A DNA stretch of 64,000 bases. Origin: a virus. The DNA lies in the IMG/VR virus record IMGVR_UViG_3300009103_000007, positions 1 to 64,000 of that record; one strand, written 5' to 3'. Under the pieces are notes generated by a model. The model was not told the DNA's origin, searched no databases, and saw nothing but the letters and a program-made list of their open reading frames with translations. Positions 45,001-55,490 of this stretch are shown in pieces. The stretch's first letter is position 1. Every line of letters starts with the position of its first letter. The position numbers and the translations under genes are program-made.

Positions 45001-48000
45001 GTGGATGTCATTTCTTAGGGGGATGACTGAAGACATAATTATGCAAATTATCCGAAGAGCCTTGTGTACTCTAGTTCGCGGCCTGATGGATATTCTAACA
45101 TTTCCATTTTGTTCTGATGATTTACACAATGATATGTTCGGCGCAGCGGGCATTCCTGATATAGCCCAAAAGGCTCTTGCAGACGCCCTGACTGATTTAG
45201 GCCTACCAAGAGGAGAAATGCAGGCAGCCGGCGAGATGGTTTCTGACGCTAGTAATTTTCTGACTCCTCGCGAGCTGTGCCATCTGTTGCAAGGTAAACC
45301 AATGCCTTCGGATGTATATGATGTGGTGATAAACCTAATAGAATCCAGAGGTTATGGAACAGACGGAAATTTATCAAACAGTTTAAACACGGAAGATAAG
45401 GTTAAGTATTTCTTTGAAAGTTTGGGAGTGTTTGTAGATTCTGATCTTTGTAGTTCTCTAGAGCAGTATAACCATGTCCTAGGTGAATATACTTGCAAAA
45501 ACGCTTCAGATATGCTCAAACAAATTAGAGATCGCTTAAAAAGGGGCGGCGTCCCTGAAGGCAAGATAGAGGAGGCTTTAGATTTAGCGCAGAAGAACAT
45601 GATGGACAAATCAAAGGCCATGGAACTGATGGCTAGCAGTGCAGATATGTCCGCCATATTACCACCCGTGTTTAAGCCGGGCGACCCAGCTGCAGTAATT
45701 AGCGAGTTGCCACATGCTCTGAAGTATTCAGCCATGGAAGCAGCAAAGGGTATATTTGATCCAGCCAAGATGGCATACATTGGTTCTTTGAAGAACTATG
45801 TTCCAGCAATGACTATTTCTGTTCCTGGGGTGGTTGAAAAGTGTGATGACAATTATGATGCTGAATCAACAATTGTAGTTGAAAGGAATCTTGAGCGCTT
45901 AAGAATTTTTGCAAAACTTACCGAACAATCACCACTTGCCGTAGAGGATTTGGATGCCCATCATCCAAGATATGTCACTCCAAATCCTCGCGCTCGCATT
46001 GCAACGTGGTATGATTTGATAAATGTATTATATTTAGATTTCGAAACAAGATATGAACTTTGCGGCCCTCGACGCGTTAAAGTTCACAGTAAAAGGACAG
46101 AAACCGGTGCGGCGAACGAATTCACTTCTCGCTTGGATGGGGTGATTCCTTACCCGTCGATGAATCTTCGGCTGGGAGCTCCTGTGGATTCTCGTAGCCT
46201 GTCAGCATGGCGTAGTCAAACTAATACAGAATTTACGTATTATGAATATGACCAAAGGGACATTCAGATGGGTACCAACACGCCACAGGAGGCGAGGTTC
46301 CCATTCCAGAGAGTGACGGCCGACTCTTTTCTATCTTTCGGGTCGTTGGATCTTTCTATGGCTATAGACGTTGGCCGCAAAAGGACCAGAAAGGATCCCG
46401 GCGACGACGATAAGCGCGAAGTCTATATAAAAGCAAACGAATCTGAGCCGCTTTCGAAGATCTCTACCTATAAACAATTGATTCGATGTATGGAATCCAT
46501 CGATGTATGGAGGAGACTATCTCGAAATTCTGCATTAAGTCAGCGCAGCAAAAATCGAGATCTAGCCGCGGCCCAACTTAAAATATTAAAGTTGGCATTT
46601 TTACAAAAAATAGGCGACCGGATGATGGAGCTCCAAAAGGAAGTAGCTGATAATATTGAAAAGGTGACAAGTGTTGCCCAAAAGGCAGAACTCTTTGGGG
46701 TACTGAGGGGTTTATATGACCAATCCTTAGAAAACGCGAGAGAACAAAACCCCACTGCAGCCGGAGAGATGACATCATTCGCCGGCACAGGCGATGGTCA
46801 ACCCGGCGTATATGACACTTTTACAATCAAAATGCCAAATGAACTGTCAAACAGTACACCTTACGTGAAAATAAAAGAATTTCCAGGATATTATGATAAG
46901 GATCCGTATGTTATAGAAGTCGGAAATTCTCTTCATTTTAATGGGGTACCTCAAAGGTTTCAATATTGTGACCCGGTCGACCCGAGACACACAGACGAAT
47001 TAACTGAACGGTTTAAGGGCCCCGAAAAACAGTTTACTAAAAGAGCGGTCTTTTCTACTATGTGGACACAGGCAATTCAGGACACTCTTGCACGAGCCGG
47101 CGAGAATCAGAGATTATCTGACTATACAAATGTAAATTTATCTGATTGGTCTGCTGGGATTGAAATTGAGGGCGCCCCCTATTATCAGAGATCAATAGAA
47201 GGAATATTCGAGCAGAATCTTGGCTCTGTTTATCGTTCACGTATATTTGAAAATGATTATGTTGCTGAACTTGAACGACGCGTCTCTGGTCTATCTTTCT
47301 TTGATCCCATCGGCGGTCAGTGCGTGAAGAATAAATATAATTTGTCTCATTATGGGCTGCTGTCATTTGATGACTTGATATTTAAGGAATTTCCAGACGA
47401 GTTATCCAAAGAACTAGCTAGGCCGGAAAACGCACCAGAGATGACAGATTACACCAAACCTGGCCCTACAGAGAAAGCAATTCAAAATGTTGCATTACGC
47501 GGCTTTATTCGTGTTTGTTTGATTGAAATGTTGCTTAAGGGCGGCTTGGTATATCCTGTTTGGGATATGGAGCCGGTTATTTCTGATCCGTTTTTTATAG
47601 ATTATTTAACTAGAGTGGTCAAATTTCAAATAGAAAATAATCAGATGTTTTCTAAAAACGAGGAGGAGTTACTGAGTTGCCTCAGGAGGTTGGCCGCAGA
47701 CCGTAATGCCGAAAAGACTGATCTTATAAGGCACATTGTTAATATTGAGGCAATGCGTATGCCGGACTTGTCTAAGAGAGTGTTCGATAATCGAAATAAT
47801 ATTGATTACAGCAACTATTTTCTATCTGGAATTCCACATTATGATGTATCTGGTGAAATTGGCTGGTCTGGCCAAATCCTATGGAATAGGAGAAATAAGC
47901 TGTTAGAGTATAATGATCCATATTTGATAATGGAATCTTATGTACGTTTAACAGCTAGAAATCCAGAAGATCCTCATCTGGCAGACCTAAGTTCATTAAT

Positions 48001-51000
48001 AGGTTTCGGGGGAGCACAAATTGCTGATGTTCTGAGATCCTCGGGCGTATACAGAACATTCGATAACATAACGAGAGGCCTACAGATGCCTAGTTTGGCT
48101 TCTTACGATTTTGATATTTTGGATTATGGCGGCTTCTCTAATCAAGACAGAGACGACATCCGGCAAACCGAAATGGTCAACATAAATGAGTTACATAGAG
48201 TCATAAGATCTGTTGTCATACCTTCGGGAGACTACAAGAGATTTATAGACGACTTGAAGGGGTACTTTTATTATGAAGAGGGCCGCGACTATTCTCAATC
48301 TGATGCTGTTGTCATTACACTCCATCCTCTTGACGGCGCCCCCATCGCAATTGAAAATCAACCGGGACGATTCATCAGAAGAAAGAGGAGAAAATTTAAA
48401 ATAGCCCAACAAATATTTGATCCAGAATCCACCACGGGATCTAACGTTTTATTAAAGAGTGATTTAATTTCAGAGTTTCAATCTGGAATATTTCCAAGTC
48501 CAATGCCAGAAGGAGATGAGGAATCTTTTCAATCTTATATTGACGTAGCTTTTTCTCAAATCGTCGACAGCCCGGGCTGGGCAGAGAATAGCCCTTATAA
48601 ATATTACGTTGTTCCGGTCGACGGCGCTTTGCTGATAGAAAAGCCATCAAGAGGATTTAAGGGAAATCCTTATTCAGATGATGCGAATCTTGGCGATGGA
48701 ACTTTCGATTATAATTATAAGATTTTTCGACAAGGAGCAGAGCAGTCTATGCGCCTAGAAGGCGAGGTTTATGATTATGTATATGAGCAATATTCTTCGA
48801 TATATGGCCATGAATATGGGCCTCAAAAATATGACATACACAACAATGCCGGCCATAGGCAGGTGATGGACCCTGGAGTCAAAATGGGTCCAGTCCTTTT
48901 GCGCCAGCGCCGCTGGGATGAGGATAGGAGAGAGACGGTAACCACTATTGATGAGGAAAGCAGCTTGCCATTAGATCCAGATGCTCCGTGGTTTAATAGC
49001 CAGCGCGCTAGAGATAGAATAACGTTCACTGGCCGCGGCAACTTATTTATGAATAATTATGGAGAAATGGATCGCGCACAATGGGAGGCTATTTCCGGCA
49101 ACGAGAACCGAAATCATAAACGCGAGGATTGGGTTGAGACCGTGGTTGATTTTACTGGCACGCGCAGTATAATATATAAGATGCCAGGGGAAACTTTTGA
49201 CCCTCTTTTAGTATCAGGTGTAACAGGGGCATCTCTTCCAACTACACCGAACACCGCCGTCGGTCAGCTTGAAAGCCTCACAAACTCGCCAAATGTTCTT
49301 TTGCCAGCAACCTTGGAGGAGCAGTATTCATTCCAATGCGGCGACGAATTCCAAGCAAATGGCCACATTGTTTCGCCTGAATATAGAGAAACATTTAAGA
49401 GGCTTACAAAATATTTATCAACTCATGAATTGATATCAATGATACTGCCATATAGGGGTGATTTTGGTTGTTTTCACGGACCACACAATCATGTTTCCCA
49501 CGGCTTGTACGATGCTGGGGACGCTGTTCTATCACCCGTACCTTCACGCCCCATGGGATTTGTGCTGGATATATCAGCTAAGCGAGGCTATCTTTCCGGT
49601 CGAGCCACTTTAGAGGAAGAACCTACCTTTAGGAACAACCCAGTTCACCCTCAGGGAAGAGCTATGTTTGTTTGGGATAGGGTCAAAAACAACACTTCGA
49701 AGGAGCTTGGCTACAATGAATATCGCATACCCACAAGGTTGCTGATTACACAAATAAAAAGAGCCGCCCGTTCTGTGGTTGATACAAGTTATATGAAATT
49801 TGTTCTACCTCGTAGTATTACATTCGACTTTTATACTGAACAGTCAGCACCGGGCGACCCTCGTCGATCTCCAACTGATAAAGCTCGACTAGCCGAGGGT
49901 GGCTGGGGCTTATCTGAACGTTATCAGCTGATGCAGCGCGCCCTAGTTAGGATTTTCAATCAATACATGGAAGATGTTGACGCCGCTTACTTCAAGATAG
50001 CTTCACATAGAAATGACCAATCCGTCATAGACGAGATAGGGGAAGATATAATCAGGGCAGATAATTGGACGTTCAATGAGGAGCTTGCTGCCGATCCCAA
50101 ATGGCGCATGCGCGTGGTTCGTAAATATTGCCCAGATTTTCCTGTGTTTGTTAGGCAGGAGAATATGGAAAGATTTAACTATAGTGACTACAGTGAAATT
50201 CGAGGACAGGAATCGAAGAATTCCCGGATTTTAGAAAACGAGATAGTCACTGCGGCCAATGACCGATCATACGATGCTTCTTGGGATCTAGGGTCAGATT
50301 ATTATGACACTGCTAACGGGCGCTGGCTAGAGATGAAAGACAGAATTGTCGACCAAGACGCGGGCCATGAAAATGTAGAATTTCATGGTTGGCGCGATGC
50401 AGAAAAAGAAATATATAACTGCATGCACGAGTATAATGATTTACGTCCAGCTTATTGCTCTATTGCTAAAATATATAGTACTATGTGTGATATCGAGGCG
50501 GAAGAGGGGATAGGAAATTTTGATGACACCCTGCTAGATCGAATGTTCGGTCAGGACCCGGGTTTTCTCATCAAGAGGGATAATCTTGGTGAAAATATAG
50601 ATTATGCCTCCATTGTAGACCAAGCAAATCCAGATAATGCAAACAACATTGGTAATCGTTTCGCCCGCGGCGCCCAAACCGGTGACAACGTAGAGGGTGT
50701 TGAGACCGGATCCGATGTTGCTACTGGTTTGTTTGTTGGTAAATGGGATGCAATACTGTCAAACACCACGGGTTTATATCAGTGGGATCTACATTCTGAA
50801 ATTAATCAACATTCGGTTTTATCTATTTCAAATTTAATTTTATGGTTCAAACAGAGGAGAAGGGAGGGCTTCTGGGGGCGCACCTTTGATTTCAAGAAGT
50901 ATGCAAAACAAAAAATTGGACTGATGGTTTCTTACAGTAGGGGCGGAAAGATTGACGGGTTTGCCCTCACTAATCGATATATTGGGGGCACAGATAGTGC

Positions 51001-54000
51001 TATGCCCGATTTGAACTACAACCCCGATGAATATGCTGCAGATTCTCCGGAAAATTCACAAGAGAAGTTTTCAGGTACCAAGCTTTTTGGCACGATTGGC
51101 GATGCCACCACTCCCTATTCTTTTCACCTACAATCTTACGCGCCCAAGCTCGGGGGTTATATACAATATATTCCAGTGCAGGCAGATATACCAAATCCGG
51201 GTATTCTATGTGGTGCCTCACCAATTTTGGCCGACGGCCGCTGCAGTCTACCTGAGTTATATCGCGCGATAGAATCAGTTATGAAAACTGCGGTCGAAGA
51301 GAAAACGCTACTGGGCAAAACACGTTCTATGATACAAAGAGAGTCAACAGACGGTGTGGATTCCCTAACTATGGGCGAAAAAAGGTCGATCATGCAAGAT
51401 GGTCAGGGGATAATGTTTAGGGCATTAGTTGAGCTTGGTCTAGGTCCGCGCACTGCAGACTTGAAGGCGTCGAATGGGGGATATGACATGGCCCATACAT
51501 TCGGCTTACCTCAGCGCGTTACGCAGGCTAGGCCAGATATGAAGATGATTGACTTTATGACGGAGGTTATGTGGAAATATTTTAGATATCTTCCAATTCG
51601 AACTCAAAAACAGCATGACTTCACGGGCCGAGATCAATTACAAATTCCCGGTCTTGACAAATTTTACTACACGTATGCAAATGACTTGTTCAGTGCACAT
51701 GATTCTTGGGCCATGAACAATTCTTATGATGAAGCCGTCACGGAGACGTCTAGTGAAGAAAGGACAGTTCCAATCTTTGAAATGGTGTATGTTCTAAAGC
51801 ACTCACATCGCAATCGCCAACCCGGCTCTGGCGGATATGGCACTGACGAAACCCACGAATGGCGCGCCGTAAAAGTTCGCGACGAAGTGGTCACCATCAC
51901 GAACACTACAGCAACATTCAGGAGCCTGAAGGAGGGTGCTCTTCCGTATAGTCAGCCTCCATTGGAGTTATCCAATCTGGCAATCCGCGCCTTTAAAGAC
52001 CAAGCCAATCGGGAAATTTCAACAAGAGGTATGCTTAGGTACTGGATTCCTGATGTGAGATATGAACGTTATAAGCATGAAGACACAATAACGAGCACAA
52101 GGAGCTTTAACTTAGGCCTCGGCTCGGCTCTTGAGCAAACCATAGACACCGATACTACAACTGCAATATTCGAGATCGATTCCCGCATTGCAAATATGAC
52201 AAATTTTTATAGATTAGCTAAATATACTTATGCCAAAAACCACTGTTATGACCCGAAGCTCACGCTGATGGGTCAATCTTGGATTTCTAGGGGTTCGGAT
52301 CAATTTAGTACGCTATCGGAAAGTGTGCCTACTGTGGTTCACAATCGTTTTCAAAATTGGTCATCTTTTGTTTTTGATGATCTACTTAAAACGACATCGT
52401 GGCAATCATATTGCTATATGAAATATGGCGCTATGAGTTATGATAGGGCTGCAGCTGCTACTGTCCAGAATGAGGGCGATGACCTTTCAGTCTGGCGCGA
52501 CCATGAAGTCAGCAGAGACGCCGCGGTGGCTGCCGGCATTGCGCACGTCGAAGCGACCATCTCCGCCGAGCGCGATAGTAATCCTGGTCGCCTAGATCAA
52601 ATATTAGTAGAAGGCGACGGCGGATTTAGTTGGACTATCTCAGCGCCCCCGGTTGACGAATTTGGTGAAGCGCAAGAAGTGTCCGTAGGATTATCGGATC
52701 AACAGCTAGAAACACTACTAGAGGCAGATCCAGATTATTTGCGGTACCTTTTTGCAAATGATTTTTCAGAATCTAAAAATCTAGATTCAGCTGTGCAAAG
52801 CCTACTGGGTCACCCCTTTAGATGGGATAACTCTAGATGGAAAACATATGCTCTTGGTACTGGCAGGAATAATCGCTCTTCTCTACTAATACCTGATGGT
52901 GGATTTGCGTCTGAAAGGTCGCCTATATTTAGTAGGGGAACTAAACTTGTAACCCTCCCCTTTTCTACATATAGATTCATGGAAGACTTATACGGAAATT
53001 ATACTGATTCTACTGGCGGCAAAAACCTTTATCGGTTTTCATCACCAATGGACGCTAAAAGGCTTTTTAATGTCGGCAGCCACTCCGGCGAGAATCTAGA
53101 GGACGAAATTATGAAGTCTTCTCACGGTTCGATATCTACAACAAATCAGCCAATCCGGGATGGAGGAAATGACCCCTTTGGCTTGGAATATGTCGCCTTT
53201 GAGGGGGAAGAGACAGTGGTACCATTGGGGGTATATATACAACCAGGATCTGTTACTTACACAGCTGGTCTCCCTTCAGCTATGGTAGATTTGCTGCCTG
53301 GCTGGACGTCGATGACTAGATCGAGAGATGAAAACGCGATATTGGATACCGGCTCGCGTCGCATGGTGACATCCGGCCCTAGCTTGGACGAGAGGTTAAT
53401 GTTCTCTATGCACGAGAATTTAGATAAATATGATTTTGGAAGCAGAAAAACGGCTGAATATCCTCGCTGGTCTCAACTAAATTGTATTTCTAATGCCATG
53501 ATTCGTGAATGGGGTCCGAATCTAAGAGTAAGGTGGGATCAGGTATTGTCTGATTTGGGAATAACAAGTGCATTGAACACCGCACACACTGAATATAAAG
53601 ATTTACAATCAGGACGCATTCGCAATGTTTATGATAACACGGAAGTAAGGATGGGAATTCGACTGAATCATGTAACACCGCTAAATTCCCGATTCAGTGA
53701 AAGTGATCCTAGTGATCATGTGAAAGAATTTTTTCGTCAAATAAATCTTCGAGAAGAAGATGCTGGTGTAGTTGACTTGATTTCTCCAGAAAACGAAACA
53801 ATAATGTCAGCGTTTAGTCTCCCAATGGTGCATTACGAAGAGGAGATTATTTTAGAGGGCTGTCTTGATTTAATGAAAATAAAGGACCGGTTCAACGAAT
53901 CTAGAGAGTATATGAAGTGGAAACTGCAACAAGAAGAGGATTTTAAAACGATGGTGGATTATGTTTTCCCACTTAAGCGTTATATGTCGGCAATGACAGT

Positions 54001-54973
54001 GTTTAGTACAGATGTTTTAAGTATGTATGGGGATATGCCATCAGTCATGAGTTCGCCTAAATCTGCACTATCTGTAATCTTTTCTACGATGGCGAACAGG
54101 AACGACTTCAACAAGAACAATGCTTTGGAAAATATTGATGCTCAGAATTTAATAAATTCAGAACTCTTCAATCAGCAAATGCAGAATATGTCGGCACAGG
54201 GCCCAGGCCTTGAATGTTTTGATATTCCTGGCCTGCCAAAAGATTTCTGGAAAATGATATGGGAACAAATAAAACAATTTCTTAAGTATTTTCCGTCAAT
54301 GATTTTGAGAGGTATAGCGGATAATATAGATCCAGCTTATAAGGAAATGAAGCATCATTGGTTTGAGTGCGATATGGATTCATTTTCCTTTTGGGACGGT
54401 GGGGTGTTTAGACTCATAACTGATGGTACTTTTACGGGCGACAAGCATAAGGTTTTGAGACTGGGGATGGACGAGGACTGGGAAGACAAGACAGCTAATT
54501 ACGTGCCGGTAAATTTTGCATTCCCAATAGATCTCATTAGTTCTATTTGGGCTCTGTTTCCTCGCTTAATCGGCGGCGAAGATGATCGGGCAAAGTCACT
54601 GGGCCGCACGCTTGATAAGTTCATAACTTACATATATAGTGGTAACTTGCCTATGCTAGATCCAAATTTCGCTTTTGCTATACCGTGTATTGACGCGAGT
54701 GTCGCGACAGATTGGGGAAAGTTTGAGTTTGGTAAGCATGGTCGCTATGGGCATTCGATGACGCCCTTCACACTTATGGCAATGATGACACCAAATCTGC
54801 CTGGAGATAAAAACCAAAGAAAAGCCCTGTGTCAAGTGCGTGATGAAGAAGACGGCTCTCGCGAGGCATGCCCCGAGGAGTCACCTACTGTGCGCGATCG
54901 TAAACAATATGCTGGCCAAATTGAACGCACCAACAGAAAAACAGCCGGCCCCATGGGCCCAGTGAATTATTAA
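42074..54973 (+). CDS. Giant 4299-aa protein, probably virion structural, possible N-terminal peptidoglycan-binding-like domain
   Basis: Uninterrupted 12.9 kb ORF. GDLGRDILAVKAAL...FD..M..SLMKFQ resembles PG_binding_1. Directly upstream of the gp25-like gene. Confidence 0.6.
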   Translation: MAVIKRKYFEISHNNEAISFGPRGLGDLGRDILAVKAALGEIVPAQEVGQDASEMSDSGWFDCSTGNPLNPSEGATFDKRMQRSLMKFQLENQYYILEYLFQKYSVNRILDAVAEVQKGETDYWFEEAGPGTETTDKMAEAINMAKEVQAIISLFESEFGYLGEATLSVLNGWLPITSNTTSPEGTFDVVRDEATGSQHLWYLTPINLWSMLKDKTIGPDWQASSTIFNLHTIQEIIDHSSYSYEEIYRDLRESFFPRSGLSPDWFKLILSPTGQRSQFERSGLPDYGFVQFARRPEDYQSPLNTAVRLITESFPIPADHPELETLSAEAQAEMLMRAFEPEIKNNPDPYEVGLTKIKFFLKTDYTFENLPPSPNTEEYDASLREMADEALHQVLQHYERPDVWYISEASGKVITQYFSRPWPPEEDSDRARPEVGAGRHDGSLTDSETWVLTLQKLIDNGTVSSDAAKHFSYIEGFNNKAPLIKFVEFRTPSLRPGDTYRAEFVINKNKFDLIEKGMRTSGDYSASEGSVDLGARLDEVEEDLAKFSCAENAMSDEEQRRRYAEFRSIASKKKKEIVRNLRAMVLERQETAGRQHEISIQGNLGPFGELDVTNKNFNALDVAGLVGPAVLSNSESAHNSLTEDLLGKANIAQSRKQGSPVLLEWNTIKVGIPKVSKALRDAASDVSSEEWVDTKGNPLNPPIDMATEASKYDAIMDELDQLFKIIGNKSIARRNDQVQFLLGGFKSNSLIHMEDDFKFDFTDVKSEDQTIILGRKLTKIEYVSYLRPQFTCAIGPEELDLHTKEMNSLSSPRTMGYFEQHEAMAGMGIGSMADPLKSTCADVFYSKPGVAFAMRYTYPKLEPKPKKPGPDPVEEWARTQFMDPFEDWVATSAEGLGDRSWKTGFLEDENKSYNSAEILPMIGEACTLEQLYGEFLDKYNLFSLLCDWLKCLRLPGFSLQMPNFHIPPIPELPTFGWMSFLRGMTEDIIMQIIRRALCTLVRGLMDILTFPFCSDDLHNDMFGAAGIPDIAQKALADALTDLGLPRGEMQAAGEMVSDASNFLTPRELCHLLQGKPMPSDVYDVVINLIESRGYGTDGNLSNSLNTEDKVKYFFESLGVFVDSDLCSSLEQYNHVLGEYTCKNASDMLKQIRDRLKRGGVPEGKIEEALDLAQKNMMDKSKAMELMASSADMSAILPPVFKPGDPAAVISELPHALKYSAMEAAKGIFDPAKMAYIGSLKNYVPAMTISVPGVVEKCDDNYDAESTIVVERNLERLRIFAKLTEQSPLAVEDLDAHHPRYVTPNPRARIATWYDLINVLYLDFETRYELCGPRRVKVHSKRTETGAANEFTSRLDGVIPYPSMNLRLGAPVDSRSLSAWRSQTNTEFTYYEYDQRDIQMGTNTPQEARFPFQRVTADSFLSFGSLDLSMAIDVGRKRTRKDPGDDDKREVYIKANESEPLSKISTYKQLIRCMESIDVWRRLSRNSALSQRSKNRDLAAAQLKILKLAFLQKIGDRMMELQKEVADNIEKVTSVAQKAELFGVLRGLYDQSLENAREQNPTAAGEMTSFAGTGDGQPGVYDTFTIKMPNELSNSTPYVKIKEFPGYYDKDPYVIEVGNSLHFNGVPQRFQYCDPVDPRHTDELTERFKGPEKQFTKRAVFSTMWTQAIQDTLARAGENQRLSDYTNVNLSDWSAGIEIEGAPYYQRSIEGIFEQNLGSVYRSRIFENDYVAELERRVSGLSFFDPIGGQCVKNKYNLSHYGLLSFDDLIFKEFPDELSKELARPENAPEMTDYTKPGPTEKAIQNVALRGFIRVCLIEMLLKGGLVYPVWDMEPVISDPFFIDYLTRVVKFQIENNQMFSKNEEELLSCLRRLAADRNAEKTDLIRHIVNIEAMRMPDLSKRVFDNRNNIDYSNYFLSGIPHYDVSGEIGWSGQILWNRRNKLLEYNDPYLIMESYVRLTARNPEDPHLADLSSLIGFGGAQIADVLRSSGVYRTFDNITRGLQMPSLASYDFDILDYGGFSNQDRDDIRQTEMVNINELHRVIRSVVIPSGDYKRFIDDLKGYFYYEEGRDYSQSDAVVITLHPLDGAPIAIENQPGRFIRRKRRKFKIAQQIFDPESTTGSNVLLKSDLISEFQSGIFPSPMPEGDEESFQSYIDVAFSQIVDSPGWAENSPYKYYVVPVDGALLIEKPSRGFKGNPYSDDANLGDGTFDYNYKIFRQGAEQSMRLEGEVYDYVYEQYSSIYGHEYGPQKYDIHNNAGHRQVMDPGVKMGPVLLRQRRWDEDRRETVTTIDEESSLPLDPDAPWFNSQRARDRITFTGRGNLFMNNYGEMDRAQWEAISGNENRNHKREDWVETVVDFTGTRSIIYKMPGETFDPLLVSGVTGASLPTTPNTAVGQLESLTNSPNVLLPATLEEQYSFQCGDEFQANGHIVSPEYRETFKRLTKYLSTHELISMILPYRGDFGCFHGPHNHVSHGLYDAGDAVLSPVPSRPMGFVLDISAKRGYLSGRATLEEEPTFRNNPVHPQGRAMFVWDRVKNNTSKELGYNEYRIPTRLLITQIKRAARSVVDTSYMKFVLPRSITFDFYTEQSAPGDPRRSPTDKARLAEGGWGLSERYQLMQRALVRIFNQYMEDVDAAYFKIASHRNDQSVIDEIGEDIIRADNWTFNEELAADPKWRMRVVRKYCPDFPVFVRQENMERFNYSDYSEIRGQESKNSRILENEIVTAANDRSYDASWDLGSDYYDTANGRWLEMKDRIVDQDAGHENVEFHGWRDAEKEIYNCMHEYNDLRPAYCSIAKIYSTMCDIEAEEGIGNFDDTLLDRMFGQDPGFLIKRDNLGENIDYASIVDQANPDNANNIGNRFARGAQTGDNVEGVETGSDVATGLFVGKWDAILSNTTGLYQWDLHSEINQHSVLSISNLILWFKQRRREGFWGRTFDFKKYAKQKIGLMVSYSRGGKIDGFALTNRYIGGTDSAMPDLNYNPDEYAADSPENSQEKFSGTKLFGTIGDATTPYSFHLQSYAPKLGGYIQYIPVQADIPNPGILCGASPILADGRCSLPELYRAIESVMKTAVEEKTLLGKTRSMIQRESTDGVDSLTMGEKRSIMQDGQGIMFRALVELGLGPRTADLKASNGGYDMAHTFGLPQRVTQARPDMKMIDFMTEVMWKYFRYLPIRTQKQHDFTGRDQLQIPGLDKFYYTYANDLFSAHDSWAMNNSYDEAVTETSSEERTVPIFEMVYVLKHSHRNRQPGSGGYGTDETHEWRAVKVRDEVVTITNTTATFRSLKEGALPYSQPPLELSNLAIRAFKDQANREISTRGMLRYWIPDVRYERYKHEDTITSTRSFNLGLGSALEQTIDTDTTTAIFEIDSRIANMTNFYRLAKYTYAKNHCYDPKLTLMGQSWISRGSDQFSTLSESVPTVVHNRFQNWSSFVFDDLLKTTSWQSYCYMKYGAMSYDRAAAATVQNEGDDLSVWRDHEVSRDAAVAAGIAHVEATISAERDSNPGRLDQILVEGDGGFSWTISAPPVDEFGEAQEVSVGLSDQQLETLLEADPDYLRYLFANDFSESKNLDSAVQSLLGHPFRWDNSRWKTYALGTGRNNRSSLLIPDGGFASERSPIFSRGTKLVTLPFSTYRFMEDLYGNYTDSTGGKNLYRFSSPMDAKRLFNVGSHSGENLEDEIMKSSHGSISTTNQPIRDGGNDPFGLEYVAFEGEETVVPLGVYIQPGSVTYTAGLPSAMVDLLPGWTSMTRSRDENAILDTGSRRMVTSGPSLDERLMFSMHENLDKYDFGSRKTAEYPRWSQLNCISNAMIREWGPNLRVRWDQVLSDLGITSALNTAHTEYKDLQSGRIRNVYDNTEVRMGIRLNHVTPLNSRFSESDPSDHVKEFFRQINLREEDAGVVDLISPENETIMSAFSLPMVHYEEEIILEGCLDLMKIKDRFNESREYMKWKLQQEEDFKTMVDYVFPLKRYMSAMTVFSTDVLSMYGDMPSVMSSPKSALSVIFSTMANRNDFNKNNALENIDAQNLINSELFNQQMQNMSAQGPGLECFDIPGLPKDFWKMIWEQIKQFLKYFPSMILRGIADNIDPAYKEMKHHWFECDMDSFSFWDGGVFRLITDGTFTGDKHKVLRLGMDEDWEDKTANYVPVNFAFPIDLISSIWALFPRLIGGEDDRAKSLGRTLDKFITYIYSGNLPMLDPNFAFAIPCIDASVATDWGKFEFGKHGRYGHSMTPFTLMAMMTPNLPGDKNQRKALCQVRDEEDGSREACPEESPTVRDRKQYAGQIERTNRKTAGPMGPVNY

Positions 54974-55032
54974 ACTCGTAAGAGAAGTGATATTTTGTGG
55001 TCCGGAGCATAATTATATAGAGAGGTATCAAA

Positions 55033-55434
55033 ATGTATCAGCCGGAATTTCCACTAAAGATGTCTAGTCGCGACGGACCATATAAAAACATAGACCAATT
55101 GCAACACTCTGTTAAGCAAAATGTCCTGTTTTTATTAAACACATCTCCCGGCGAGTGGCCAGCTAAGCCAGACCTCGGCGTGGGTGTAAGAGCGTTCTTG
55201 TTTGAAAATCCTGGCTCATCTTCATGGGAAAGGTTACATCAGAGGATAAAGGAACAGTTTACTAGATATATGCCATTTTTGAATGTTGAAAGCGAGATGG
55301 TAACACATGATACACTGGGTAACAGCTTGGTGGATGAAAGCACCCTCAAGCTTGTGCTTAGGTATACAATAATTCCACTTTCAATAAATGAGGTGGTCAT
55401 GCTGGGGTTGAATACATCTCCGGATGAACAATAA
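55033..55434 (+). CDS. Baseplate wedge gp25-like protein
   Basis: LLNTSPGEW...PDLGVG...LFE, I..Q..RYMPF; gene position. Confidence 0.85.
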   Translation: MYQPEFPLKMSSRDGPYKNIDQLQHSVKQNVLFLLNTSPGEWPAKPDLGVGVRAFLFENPGSSSWERLHQRIKEQFTRYMPFLNVESEMVTHDTLGNSLVDESTLKLVLRYTIIPLSINEVVMLGLNTSPDEQ

Positions 55435-55457
55435 AGGGAGCATAAAATGGTTGTAAA

Positions 55458-55465
55458 ACTATTTA
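55458..55465 (+). promoter_or_regulatory. Putative late-promoter motif ACTATTTA
   Basis: 25 nt before ATG 55491, GAGGAG SD in between. Confidence 0.5.
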
Positions 55466-55490
55466 TTTTAAAATTTGAGGAGCTGTTTTA

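Noticed and set aside
43264-53678. Many short antisense or alternate-frame ORFs inside the giant gene
   Set aside because: Expected shadows within a 12.9 kb CDS, with no independent signals.
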